Positions 37,890 through 49,200 of a stretch of DNA of 63,397 bases are shown here, piece after piece. The position numbers and the translations under genes were made by a program. The number at the start of each line of letters is the position of its first letter. Within the stretch, counting starts at the first letter, position 1. Source of the DNA: a virus (lineage: Duplodnaviria; Caudoviricetes); IMG/VR virus record IMGVR_UViG_3300036790_000296, positions 1 to 63,397 of that record; one strand, 5' to 3'. The notes beneath the pieces were generated by a model. The model was not told the DNA's origin. It searched no databases and was given only the letters and a program-made list of their open reading frames with translations.

Positions 37890-40474
37890 ATAAGCGGCCG
37901 TCCAAATTTGGGATGAAGGGCGCAGCGCCGCATGCTCGCAAAGGACGTGCTGCTATTGCGCCGCAGGGGGATGCCTCGTCTTCGGACGACGGCGGCACGC
38001 TTGCCCAAACACCACAAGTACAACCCATGCCGCCGCCTTCTTTGCAAACGGCACCGCCTAGCGCTGGTATACCTATGGCTAGTACGCCCGGCGCGATGCC
38101 TTCAAGTCAGCCGTCAATGCAAGGGTATGCAGAAGGGGGTAGCGTAGAAGAAGCTGGGAAAAATGCGCTGCGCCAAGCGTATATGGATAAAACGCTTGAT
38201 AAAACAGGGCCATTTACCGGTGGCTACGATGACTCGCCCACCTTAAGCCAAAGGGAACGAACCAGAGCTAACGGCAATTGGGGGTCGGACCTTCCACGCT
38301 ATAGCCAGCAAATGGAGAAAAATCTAGATAACTCAGAAGCTGATCTTCCAATAGCCACGAGTGCCACTACAGGTCCTGTGCACCCGAGTGTAGGAAGTTA
38401 CGACCAAGGTGGCGCTATTCCCGATCCTAATTCTGATCCTAGCGAAGACGGCGGCCCATCTGGTGATACAAACCAATACAGCGATGCGCTTTCTACTGTT
38501 ATGGATACACTTGCGTATGGACGCCAGAAAAACGGTTTAGGACAGCAATCGCAAGGGTCCCAAGGTGCTCAAGGGGCAGAAAGCGCAGATGACGACCAGC
38601 AAACGCAAGGGTTTGACGACGGCGGTAGCGTAGATGACCCGGTGGCGCAAATGCAAGACAGCGCCAACGACGAAAGTAAAGCATTTGATAGCGCGCCTAC
38701 TCCCCCCGCCGCTACTGATACCCCGCCGCCAGCGGCCTCAGCGCCCCCTGCGCAAGGTGCTGTGCCAAGCCCCGAAACTGAGCCATCGTTTGATCCGGGT
38801 TCGACTACACCCGATACCGGCAAGGGCGCTGCAAGCATTGTGGGTTACCTGAAAGGAGCCGAAGCCGCGCCGCCTCAAGTAGCCGCGCAATCGGAACAGC
38901 AGGTTGACCCCCAAGGCCAGATGCCAGAAGACTTACGAAAACTCATGGCTATTGCCAACGCTCCAGATGATGACAGCAAATGGGGCATCATGCAGTCGTT
39001 CCGTCAGAAGTACGATCACTTTAAGGCGTTTGCGGCGGCTGCTGCTACTGGTATTCAAGGTAAAGCCGCGAACCTTGCGGCTGCTGCTAAAGCTGCCACA
39101 CAGGCGTATGCTAACGTTCCGGATGGCAATACTATCGCGTTTGAGCAATCGCCAACAGGCGTTACCGCTACGGTAACACAAGGTGGCACGCCTAAAGCGT
39201 CGCCTATCCCCCTTTCAACCCAGCAATTCGTGCAGTTCCTTCGCGGCGTACCAGGGCAGTTTGACACGCTTATGGACTCGGACGTTGTAAAAGTGCTAAA
39301 AAGTGTTGCGGGGAGTGCGGCCACATCGGCTGCTGGCCAAGCGCAAACCGGTAATCCATTGCAAAACGGCACCCCCGCTGCGCCCCAATGGGCTACGGAT
39401 TCTCAAAGAACTGGCGGCGGCCCTAGTGTGGGAAGTACCGCCAATGCAACTGTAAACCCCCCCGGTGGCATCCCCACCACACCAGCACCGGCTCCCGATG
39501 CGGGTTCGCCCCCTGCGTATTGGGGTAGCGCCCAAAAGCGCACCCCCCCACCGCCTGTTGCTAAGACAACACCGCCTACCGCGCCCCAATGGGCTACTGC
39601 TACCCAAGGGGTTGGGCCGGGGCCAAGCGTCACAAGTACAGGGGAAGCAACCGTAAATCCTCCTGGTGGCATTCCAACAACACCTGAACCAGGTGCATTT
39701 TGGGGCAACCCCCCACCAGTTCACCTTCCTCCAGGCTATACTCGCGCGCCGAATGTTATGCCTTCGCCGCAAACTCGCGCGCCGATAACTGCCGCGCCCG
39801 CTGCTAGCGCTGCGCCGCCCGCACCTGGACGCGCTCTTGCTGCACCCACTCCACCGCCTCCCCCCGTTCAACTGCCACGCGGCTACACACGTGGCACCGC
39901 TAATCCCGGTTTTGCGCCTGGTGCTCCACCGGCTGCGGCTAACCCGCAAGCCCCTAAATCGCCCATTACAAATTATGTGGATAATTTCTCCAATCCAAGC
40001 CAGCACCCGCGCCCCGCTGCACCCGCACAAGCGCCTACTCGTGCCACGCCCCAAACCCCGTTCGATCAGGATATTGTTGATCGCGCTAACTATATTTATG
40101 GTGCTTGGCGCTCTAACCCGAAACAGTCTCAGGCGCGCGCTGCGTACATTATGCGGCAACAGGATATACGGGATGGCGTTGCCAATACACCGCAAAGAGC
40201 ACCCCGTACTAGCGTTACAACTAGCCCCGAGTATAACCAGTCCTATATGGAGCGTAAATATGATAATTTAGCCGCGCAGCTAAACGCAGATGGCACGCCG
40301 AAATACTCGCCGCAGCAATTATCGGTTGTGCGGCAACGGTTCCACCTACCGCCTGACGCAGGCGCAACGCCTGCAACATCCGATGAACCTCCGGTTCCGG
40401 GCGCACGAAAATTTAAGGGTCAGTGGTATACAAGGGGTCCAAACGGGGAAGCTGTACCCTATTCCGCGCAGTAA
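37886..40474 (+). CDS. Internal virion/ejection protein 2 (Pro-rich)
   Basis: 862 aa, low complexity, three (Y/F)xxGG motifs, position. Confidence 0.7.
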   Translation: MNKRPSKFGMKGAAPHARKGRAAIAPQGDASSSDDGGTLAQTPQVQPMPPPSLQTAPPSAGIPMASTPGAMPSSQPSMQGYAEGGSVEEAGKNALRQAYMDKTLDKTGPFTGGYDDSPTLSQRERTRANGNWGSDLPRYSQQMEKNLDNSEADLPIATSATTGPVHPSVGSYDQGGAIPDPNSDPSEDGGPSGDTNQYSDALSTVMDTLAYGRQKNGLGQQSQGSQGAQGAESADDDQQTQGFDDGGSVDDPVAQMQDSANDESKAFDSAPTPPAATDTPPPAASAPPAQGAVPSPETEPSFDPGSTTPDTGKGAASIVGYLKGAEAAPPQVAAQSEQQVDPQGQMPEDLRKLMAIANAPDDDSKWGIMQSFRQKYDHFKAFAAAAATGIQGKAANLAAAAKAATQAYANVPDGNTIAFEQSPTGVTATVTQGGTPKASPIPLSTQQFVQFLRGVPGQFDTLMDSDVVKVLKSVAGSAATSAAGQAQTGNPLQNGTPAAPQWATDSQRTGGGPSVGSTANATVNPPGGIPTTPAPAPDAGSPPAYWGSAQKRTPPPPVAKTTPPTAPQWATATQGVGPGPSVTSTGEATVNPPGGIPTTPEPGAFWGNPPPVHLPPGYTRAPNVMPSPQTRAPITAAPAASAAPPAPGRALAAPTPPPPPVQLPRGYTRGTANPGFAPGAPPAAANPQAPKSPITNYVDNFSNPSQHPRPAAPAQAPTRATPQTPFDQDIVDRANYIYGAWRSNPKQSQARAAYIMRQQDIRDGVANTPQRAPRTSVTTSPEYNQSYMERKYDNLAAQLNADGTPKYSPQQLSVVRQRFHLPPDAGATPATSDEPPVPGARKFKGQWYTRGPNGEAVPYSAQ

Positions 40475-40486
40475 CGGGGACTTATC

Positions 40487-43400
40487 GTGGCGTTGATGTT
40501 TGACGATATACCCACTTTCGACGCCATGCCGGAACCAGCGCAACAGCAAGCGTCGCCGCAAACACCACAACAGGGCGCTCCGGTAAAGTTTGACGATATA
40601 CCCGCTTTCGACGCCATGCCTGACGCAAATGCCCCTACATCCTCTCCAGCCGGAACAGCGGCGCGTGCTTTCGTGCAAGGCGTGCCTGCGGCCATAGGTG
40701 CAGGTGCGGGTGCTGCATTGGGCGCTGGCGCTGGCGGAATTGTGGGCAACGTGCCGGGCGCTATTATAGGCGGCCTAGGGGGTGCCCTAGTTGGCGGTTA
40801 TGCATCTGAAGAAACTAAAAACTGGCTGCTTCAAAAACTTGGTTTTGATAAAGGGAACGGGTTTTTTAGCAAAGCTCAACAGCAAGTCGATACCGAGCAA
40901 CACCCAATTGCGCAGGATGTTGGCGGTACGGCTGCGGCCCTTACTGCGTTTGCTACCGGTGGGGGCGAGGCGTCTATTGCGGCGCGTGTGCTTGGCGGCG
41001 GCGTTGTGGGCGCAATGGAGACCGGCCAAGAAATGGCCAACAATGGCTCCGTTGATCCATCCAAACTCGATCCGGTAAAAATTGGTCTAGCTGCCGGTAC
41101 TGGCGCTGTATTACCTAGCATGCGGGAATACCTTGCCCCGGCTGAAAAATTAGGTCAGCGTATCGGTAGCGCTGTACGCCCCAGTAGAGCAACGGGCGAA
41201 GCTGCACCACGAACACCTGACCAGAAAACGGTGGATAACGCCCAGGACATAACTACAACTGCCCCCGGCGTTGCCGCTGAAAACCCCCCCGTGTCTGAAA
41301 ACACAGGCGCGCAAATGGGGGCGAATACCTCCGTTCGTAGCGACCGCGAATACCCCAAGGAAGCAAACGCAACAGCTAAAGAAGGAACGCCCGGTGCAGA
41401 GTCGTCCCCCGGTCTAAGTACCGCGCCCATTCCGGATGATATTGCGGCCGCTATGGCGCAAAAGGGTGCTTCGTTGCTCCCGGAAGAACCGGCTCCGGTC
41501 CAAACCGGCCTCGCGGAGCAAGCACCTGCGCAACCAGCCCCAGTTGCGGCTAAACCTCCCGTGCCAGCACCAGCCGATGACATACCACAACCGGAATGGC
41601 AGTCGTGGTATAAACCGCCCCAAAAGACCGCCGCTACCGAGTTACCTGCCGATACAGCTGGTTTACAAGCGCCCGCCCCAACTGCCAATCCGGTTGCGGC
41701 GTCTGGCGACTATGAGCACCCTACGCTCCCCAATGTTACGGTAAGCCAGCGCTACAAAATACCGTATCTTGCGGGTTCCAGTGTTGACGGTAAAACGGTT
41801 TACATTGACCCCCGCGTACCCGATACAATGGACGTGAACGGTACAAAAATTGATCCACGCAACTCGCTTGTGGTGCGTGAGATATATGAACGAAACGCGA
41901 TTGATAAAATGACGGCCGCAAGGGATGCAGGCGACCCCAAGTTTAAAGACAAAACCGATGCGCAAATATACGCCGACGCGCATAAAACCGAAGGGACCGG
42001 AGCAGAGCGTAAATTTCTGCGCCAGCAATACGGTTTTGGAACAAAAGATTGGGCGCGATACCAACAACTTATGAAAGATATCGTGCCAAAAACCGAGCAC
42101 GAAACCGTAGAGGCTGGACAAGCCCCCCCGGATTTGTACACGTTTATGTACCCGCATGAAGAAGCGCTTCATTTACACCAGGAAGGCTCTGCTGCGCCCA
42201 CTGCCAAAGAGGCACCTGCGGCGGAAACTGCGCCAGCGGAAGCTGCTGCCCCACCGGCTAAACCAGTAGAAGATAATTCGCTTTTAGAAGTTGGCGCACA
42301 TAAAAAAGAGCTACCGGCCGATACTACAGGACTTGAAGCCCCTGATGAAGCCGATATACGCCGTAGATTGGCTGCGGGCGGCCACAACCAAGTCCTTGCC
42401 GCATTAGACAATGTGAACTATGGAGACAAAGGCCCTGTACTTGTTCGAACCAAAGCTGCGTTAGATGAGCTTGACGCGCTACAGGCCAAGAAACCTGCGC
42501 GTGAAGTTGTTAAAGAAGGCGGCCCTCAAACAGGCGGCGGCAAGCGGGATGTTCGTAAAACAAGTGCTGCTGCGGCAGTAAAAAAGGCGTTTGACGACCA
42601 CCCGCCAAAGCAAAACGAAAGCGATGGTGATATTTTACAGCGCGCCAAAGCCGCTGTAGAAACCGCACGCAACGCAAATAATGGCGCGGACCCATTACGC
42701 GGCAAAGACGGATACGCGCCTCGCGTTAAACCTGCTGAATGGCAATTTGTAGACCAAGCACAAAAGCTTCTTAAAAAACCTACGCCAGGCATGTTGGCTA
42801 AATTTAAAACATCCGAATTATCCCTTCGAGGAACGGGTGAAGAAGCGGAAGATGTAGCTGCCGAGCACGCTAAAGAAGTGCAAAATACAGCACGCATAGA
42901 AGCCGATATAGCGAAAAAACCCGACTTGCCTGATGCGGCGGCAGAAGCCCAGCTAGCTAAAGCAAACGAGGGCGCAACGCGCGCACGTGAAGATTTGCCG
43001 CCGTTTGATAATTCAGACCAAGGTGAGTCCAAGGTATTTGAAAACCAACAGAACGACCTGCGGGATTGGGTTAACGGGCTTTCTGACGAGGACTATAAAC
43101 TGCTTGCTTCGCACTATGAGAATGGTGTGGCGCACGAAGCCGATCTAACGAGCGACCCCAAAAGGCTTAAACTCCAAATGGAAGCCAATCTTGAGGGTGC
43201 GCAAATGGAAGCGGCATCTTCCGGTAAACCGGCTTCGCTCGCTGCCGCTGCGTCTGAACCACCCGAGCCTGTTCCCGCTAAACCATCATTAGGGCCAACC
43301 AAGCCGGGTGCAGCAGCTTCGGATGAAAAATTATCACCGGAAGCCAAGGCCAAATTGATCGAGGAATACAATGCGAAGCTGTCGGGGGAAAAACCGCCCC

Positions 43401-45685
43401 CCAGTACCCCGGTTGAACCCGGTAAGGTGCTTGCGTCAATTTCTCCCACACCGGAAAAAACCAAGCAGCTTATACACATCAGCAAGCAGCGTAGCAGTGG
43501 AGCGGCCGCATGGTTGCAAAACAACCCGTTGCGAAAAATCTTCAGCCCTACCACCATTTCACCTTCAGCGCTGGCAGCGAAAACTACTATTCGTGAGGAA
43601 ACTGGCGTAACGGCACGCAATATAGCGCAAGCCAGTGCTCGCCTGGAGCCTATGCGGGCGACTATCAATGCCCTCCCCGAAAAAGAGCGCATTGATTTCC
43701 AGAAAGCTATGGAAACGGAACAAACGCCGCAAACATTCCCCGAGAAGCTGCAACCACTAGCGGCAGCAATTCGACAAGCGTTGGACTTTACAAAAGCAAA
43801 AATATTGGAAGTTGGAGCGCTGGATGTTGATGATTTTGTAAAAAACTTTTTCCCGCATATGTGGGAAAACCAAAAAGAAGCAAATGAATTCGTGCAGTCG
43901 TTCTACACCAAGCAAGGCTCTACGGCTAGCTTGCACAAGCGCACGGTGCCCACCATTCAAGATGGCCTGGATGCGAAACTTAAACTCGCATCGACCGATC
44001 CCATAGATGTGACCATGCGATATCTTAGCAGCATGCACAATTTTATAACGCAGCAGAAAATTCTTCAGGCGGGTATTGACCAAGAGTACGTTAAAACTTT
44101 CGACCAGAAAACAATAGGGGCATCGGGTCATCCTGATGGAAGCACTATCCCGTTGGGGTATGTGGAACTTAAGGGGCGTGGCATGAACGGACGTGCCATG
44201 TATGCCCCCGAGGGATGGGCGGAAGTGTACAATAATTTTTATAGCCCTGGTTTCCACTCCAGCGAAGCGGGCGGCAGACTTTTTGACGCGGCTCAAAAGA
44301 CCAGTAATGCCGTTACACAGATAGAATTGGGCCTCTCTGCGTATCATGCGGGCACCATGGCGCGTGAAGCTATGCTAAGTGAAATGGCGCGCGGCCTGTC
44401 TAATATTGTAAGCGGGGACCTGAAAGGTGGGGTTAAAGCGCTAGCTCGCGTTCCTATAGCTTCTTACCGCCTTGCGGTTATTGGTAAACAGGTAAAAGAA
44501 GCATATCTTGATCCCGATAGTGCGTCACCCGAGTTGCGGAAGATTGTTGATCTTATGAAGCGTTCTGGGGGCCGCATGGTTGGGTTTAGCCAAGACCCTA
44601 CCTATAAATTTTCTGCCATGGAGTCGTATTTTACCGCGTGGCAACGTGGCGCTTTGGGAAACCAGCTTAGGGAAATCCGTGAACACGTGGAAAGCGCCTA
44701 TCGGGGTGGCGCTAATACTGCGGAAGGTGCTGCTTCCGCTGTCGGGCAGATAGGCAAAGAGCTATTCAGGGTAGTGGGGCGCACAATGCAAACCGTCGCC
44801 CAGCCTTTGTTTGAGCATTATATCCCGGCGCTTAAGAACGGTGCGTTTAAAGAGACACTTGCGGACTGGCTAGCCAAAAACCCCACCGCAACTGATACCG
44901 AGCAATTGCATGCCGCTGCGCGTATTGGCGACTCCATTGATAACAGATTTGGCGAAATGGTGCAGGATAACATTTTCTGGAACAAGTTTATGAAGCAATC
45001 CGCGCAGGTGATGATGCGTTCTTACTCCTGGAACGTGGGCACCGTGCGCGAAATTGCAGGTGGTGCTATAGGCGCGGCGCTGCACCCTAACCGGTTAAGC
45101 ATGGCATCCAAGGACTATGACCCGCGTGCGGCCTACGCCTTGTCGTTGCCCGTTATAGTTGCTGCCACTTCTGCGGTCTATCAGTACCTAAAAACCGGAG
45201 AATACCCGCAGGATATGTCTGATCTTGTAGCGGGTAGAACGGGTGGCAAAACGCAATCCGGAACGCCCGAGCGCGCCATCTTGCCGGGTTATGAGAAGGA
45301 CGTGTACGGGTGGTTTAACAATCCCAAGCAAGAGGCATTTGATAAGATTGCCACGGCACCGCGCCTTGTGTACGAGACGCTTACAAACCGAGATTTTAAA
45401 GATGACCCTATTTATAATCCTGCTGATCCACTAGGGGCGAAACTACAGCAATATCTAGAGCATGTAAAAAATAGCATTGGGCCTATTTCTATTAAGCAGA
45501 TGATGCAAGGAGAGAAAAAGGGGTCTAATATAAGTGCTGCGGAGCGCGCTGTAGCTATACGTCCAGCGCCTACGTGGATTTCTGAACCGGCGCGTATTGG
45601 CGCTGGTATCGCAAAATCAGAAAATATGAAGTGGAAGATAAAACTTTCGCACGATAGGAGCGCGGCTTCGCATTACAACCCATAA
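40487..45685 (+). CDS. Large internal virion/ejection protein 3
   Basis: 1732 aa; Gly-zipper N-terminus; helical C-terminal region; last large late gene. Confidence 0.75.
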   Translation: MALMFDDIPTFDAMPEPAQQQASPQTPQQGAPVKFDDIPAFDAMPDANAPTSSPAGTAARAFVQGVPAAIGAGAGAALGAGAGGIVGNVPGAIIGGLGGALVGGYASEETKNWLLQKLGFDKGNGFFSKAQQQVDTEQHPIAQDVGGTAAALTAFATGGGEASIAARVLGGGVVGAMETGQEMANNGSVDPSKLDPVKIGLAAGTGAVLPSMREYLAPAEKLGQRIGSAVRPSRATGEAAPRTPDQKTVDNAQDITTTAPGVAAENPPVSENTGAQMGANTSVRSDREYPKEANATAKEGTPGAESSPGLSTAPIPDDIAAAMAQKGASLLPEEPAPVQTGLAEQAPAQPAPVAAKPPVPAPADDIPQPEWQSWYKPPQKTAATELPADTAGLQAPAPTANPVAASGDYEHPTLPNVTVSQRYKIPYLAGSSVDGKTVYIDPRVPDTMDVNGTKIDPRNSLVVREIYERNAIDKMTAARDAGDPKFKDKTDAQIYADAHKTEGTGAERKFLRQQYGFGTKDWARYQQLMKDIVPKTEHETVEAGQAPPDLYTFMYPHEEALHLHQEGSAAPTAKEAPAAETAPAEAAAPPAKPVEDNSLLEVGAHKKELPADTTGLEAPDEADIRRRLAAGGHNQVLAALDNVNYGDKGPVLVRTKAALDELDALQAKKPAREVVKEGGPQTGGGKRDVRKTSAAAAVKKAFDDHPPKQNESDGDILQRAKAAVETARNANNGADPLRGKDGYAPRVKPAEWQFVDQAQKLLKKPTPGMLAKFKTSELSLRGTGEEAEDVAAEHAKEVQNTARIEADIAKKPDLPDAAAEAQLAKANEGATRAREDLPPFDNSDQGESKVFENQQNDLRDWVNGLSDEDYKLLASHYENGVAHEADLTSDPKRLKLQMEANLEGAQMEAASSGKPASLAAAASEPPEPVPAKPSLGPTKPGAAASDEKLSPEAKAKLIEEYNAKLSGEKPPPSTPVEPGKVLASISPTPEKTKQLIHISKQRSSGAAAWLQNNPLRKIFSPTTISPSALAAKTTIREETGVTARNIAQASARLEPMRATINALPEKERIDFQKAMETEQTPQTFPEKLQPLAAAIRQALDFTKAKILEVGALDVDDFVKNFFPHMWENQKEANEFVQSFYTKQGSTASLHKRTVPTIQDGLDAKLKLASTDPIDVTMRYLSSMHNFITQQKILQAGIDQEYVKTFDQKTIGASGHPDGSTIPLGYVELKGRGMNGRAMYAPEGWAEVYNNFYSPGFHSSEAGGRLFDAAQKTSNAVTQIELGLSAYHAGTMAREAMLSEMARGLSNIVSGDLKGGVKALARVPIASYRLAVIGKQVKEAYLDPDSASPELRKIVDLMKRSGGRMVGFSQDPTYKFSAMESYFTAWQRGALGNQLREIREHVESAYRGGANTAEGAASAVGQIGKELFRVVGRTMQTVAQPLFEHYIPALKNGAFKETLADWLAKNPTATDTEQLHAAARIGDSIDNRFGEMVQDNIFWNKFMKQSAQVMMRSYSWNVGTVREIAGGAIGAALHPNRLSMASKDYDPRAAYALSLPVIVAATSAVYQYLKTGEYPQDMSDLVAGRTGGKTQSGTPERAILPGYEKDVYGWFNNPKQEAFDKIATAPRLVYETLTNRDFKDDPIYNPADPLGAKLQQYLEHVKNSIGPISIKQMMQGEKKGSNISAAERAVAIRPAPTWISEPARIGAGIAKSENMKWKIKLSHDRSAASHYNP

Positions 45686-45713
45686 GGGGTTTTTAACTTG
45701 GCACGGTTACTGT
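45682..45713 (+). promoter_or_regulatory. CtrA-box-like promoter overlapped by a palindromic site
   Basis: ATAA-N7-TTAA-N11-TACTGT; TTACTG-TA-CGGTAA at 45707-45720. Confidence 0.6.
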
Positions 45714-45744
45714 ACGGTAACATTCCTAAACAGTGGAGACGACC

Positions 45745-45960
45745 ATGGCATTCGCAAAAGGGTCAACGCCAAAAAACACCGACTACGCTAAAGGCGGGGG
45801 CGTGCTTGGACGCTCTACGGACTTTCTTAAAACAGCAAATCGCTTTACGGGCGGCAAACTCCCCACACCGGAGCCGACTGAGGACGATTTTGAAAAAGGG
45901 TCCAGTAAAGCGAACCCGAAAGCGGCGGATAAGTCGTTAAAACCCGTTAAGCCGAAATAG
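45745..45960 (+). CDS. Small basic protein with YAKGG motif
   Basis: GGAG SD; own promoter. Confidence 0.7.
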   Translation: MAFAKGSTPKNTDYAKGGGVLGRSTDFLKTANRFTGGKLPTPEPTEDDFEKGSSKANPKAADKSLKPVKPK

Positions 45961-46264
45961 CAGTTTACCGTGTCGGGTTTGACCGCCATACAGCTAACTA
46001 TGATATGGATATTGCTGGCTATTTTGGGCGCGAATACTATTATGGTTCATCCAGAATGGTTCGGTAACTAGTTGATTTTACACAGGTACTTTTCTGTAAT
46101 CTATTGAACGATATGCTCCCGGAGCAGGAGCTTCAAATGAAAACCCGCCGTAAACACAGCATAAACCGCCTTCACAAACGCGTGCGCCATGCGATAGGCG
46201 ATGAAGAATTTTTGGAAGAATGGATGTGCACCCTACCGGATAATAAGTAACGAGGCGGTGTGCA

Positions 46265-49200
46265 TTACGGCGCAACCCTGATCCCAGTTACAACCGGTGT
46301 GTTAACCGGTAAAACCGGGCGCTGGTCCAACGGGGTATGCTTGAACAATTCTTCCTCCAGCGGCGACCCAGGTGGAACTGGTATTTCGAACACTGTTTCG
46401 GCACCGCCCTGTATATTGGTGCCAGACGCTATATTCATCGTTTTCTTGGGAATATGCATATTATAGTGATCCTTTAATCCCTCGATAGACGGCCCTGCTG
46501 CCCTTTTTTGAGCCATCATGTACCCCACAAAATTATCCTTGGATATGCGAAGCAAGCGATCATTTATAATCCATCGCATGTGTATAGCTTTCGGGTAATT
46601 GCCGTTTGGGCAGTTAATGAGTGCGACGACAGGCGGCTTACCACGCCCCGTATGCATCGTGTCTGTCCATGCCGTATTGGCAACGCTAGCCTTGAAGAAC
46701 CCTGTTAGCGAATTCTCAGTGTGCCCTGCTGATCCGCCTATAATGTTTGCGTCATTCACACGTTGACGCATTGTGTGGAATGTTTTTACAAGACAAAGCA
46801 TAAGCGTGTCTATATTGAAGTATGGCCCCTCGGGATTAACCTCCCGGATGCATTCATTGGCAAGGTCGGCACCAACTAAAATTGCAGCACTAATAGCAAT
46901 CCAAAATCGCTCGGGGCCGATATCCTTTACCAGTTTGCTAATTGCAGTCATTGTACCGCGCATACGAGAGGCTACAAGCGCAGGATTGCGTCCTAATTTG
47001 GCTGCGTATATCTGCCCCATCCTGCCAAAATTTTCCTCCAAATGCTGGGTGATAAGCGTGGCTTCGTGGCTTGCCATACGCCCCACCGGGGACATGGGGA
47101 CCGGGATATTAAACTCAAACGTGCGATACGGCGCGGCGGCGTTGTTCTGGTTTTTCTTCATCATGTGCTCAAGCGCACTACTATTGGATGTAATGGTAAG
47201 CAACGATTGCCATTCACCCGTATCCAGTTCAGTGCGGTCGGTTCTAAGCTTGATTGCGCCAACTCCCGGCGATAGCTCCATCGTTGTAGTCACCACCTTA
47301 TCTAGTTCATCATCCTGCACGTCATCCCAAAACGCCCCAAGATTGCGAATTTCCCCAACGCGTTTGAGGACACCTTTTGCAGAAGACCCCGGTGGCATTT
47401 TAGTTCGTTTGGGGTGCCCCCATACCGATGTTGCCACCAGCACTGCGGTAGTTTTGTTTCCACCGGCTTGGCCATATGCGCTCACGGTGCCATTGTCGTA
47501 CCCGGTCATCCGCATTAACGGTGCGCCGAACGAAATAGCCACAATAGCCTCCAACTCGGGACGGTTTTGGCTTGTAACAAGTCTAAACGCGTCAAACCAC
47601 GGCTGCAATCCTCCTAGCGGCGCAAATTCGTTTCGCAGTTTTTGGTCGCCGCCACCACACGGATCAACAGTGCCATCGTCGCGAATGATTTGTCCGTCGT
47701 ACGCAAAGCCATGTGGCGTACCGGATTTGGGCCACCAGCCATAAGGCACGGAAGTTTTAGCTTCTTCGGCTTGGTGCATCTTTGTAAGAAGGTCCATGTG
47801 AAATTCTCCAAGTCTTTCTCTGGCGTGCGGTTTGAATTTTACACCTTGTTTAGATAATGTCAAGGTTAGAGATTGCGTTGAAGCAAAATGCTCCTGCTTG
47901 ACTGTTATATCGCGAGTATGTCCTTTGCTCATAGACGCTGTGTAGTGCAAAGCGTCAGGATTTTGTTCGGCCCACACCCGGGATATATCGCACAGAAATA
48001 GCGGTGCCACCTGTGTTACGGAATTCCCTTGGCCTATAGGTTTTTCATACAAAAATCCTATCCACCCTGTTTTCTTATCGTAGTCATAGCCGGGAGGCAT
48101 AGGAAAGGCAGGAACCGTTATCCCATTCACCACTTGCGTAGTTGGAAAAGGGGGCAGCACCGGCACCGCCTGAGCCGCTACCGCAAGGTTTAGTGGTGAT
48201 TTAATTTTGCCGAAGTGCTCACATGAAGCGCATAAGTCGCAGCCATTTGACTGCACAGCCTTGCAAGAAGGCCACCCAAGACCAGCCTGCCGCTCTTTGT
48301 CCTTACGGCTCCACATAGCATCAGTAGACGCAACGTCGTAACCAGGATACTTATTTCCCATCGCATGCGCCAAGGTGTGCCCATTTTCCATGAAGGTTGT
48401 GCCCAATACAACCAAGTTCCATAGCGGCTGGTCATGGTTTTTACCTCCTGTAATAAGGGCCTCCTTATAAAAAGGGCACCCTTTTATAATGGGGGCCGGG
48501 TCTAATGGTATGAATTCACGAACTAGACCGGCTGAAAGGCTCTCCATGCCTTCAGGCGGCAATGCGCGCTTGGGGAATTTAGATGGATCGAAGCAATCGC
48601 TTACTGTGGCGGTAACTGGCAGGTGCCCTACAGGGCCTGTATACGCCGGTAAATCACTCTTGAAAGCATAATCCGTAGGCTGTAACGCTAACAGCTTAAC
48701 CGGTTTGGGCGGCGAAGTCTTGTAGTTAAACGTCCCGGGTATACGTAGAACACGTACCAAATCTGTTGTGCACCCTGCATCAGCACGGAGGCCGTGTTTA
48801 AGAATAGCAGCTTTAAGCCCTTCTGCGTATGGCATCCATTCTTCCGGTGTCAACGCTATATCGCTTACCCAATACAAATGAAGACCACCACCGGATGCAA
48901 CCATGGCGCTAGGGCGTGGGTATCCCGATGCTTTCAAGAACTCGCCTATTGCGGTGATTGCTTCCTCTATGGTGGCGTACCCTTTGGGGGGCGGCTTTAC
49001 ATCCACGTCTGCCCATATGGCCTTAAACGATATGGCGTTTTGGGCAAGTCGCTTGGCTCGCGCTTTGTTGTTTACAACTGCCCCGACTTCGGATTGCTGT
49101 GATAGGCAAAAATACAAGTCGTTTATGTAGCCAGGATGCGCCACCGCCCACCGGATGAAGCCACAAAAATCAGCCAGCTTGATAAAAGGCCGCCCCGGCA

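Noticed and set aside
46773-47744. 323-aa plus-strand ORF (also 56997..57827)
   Set aside because: Fully antisense to the primase-helicase and polA genes; no motifs.
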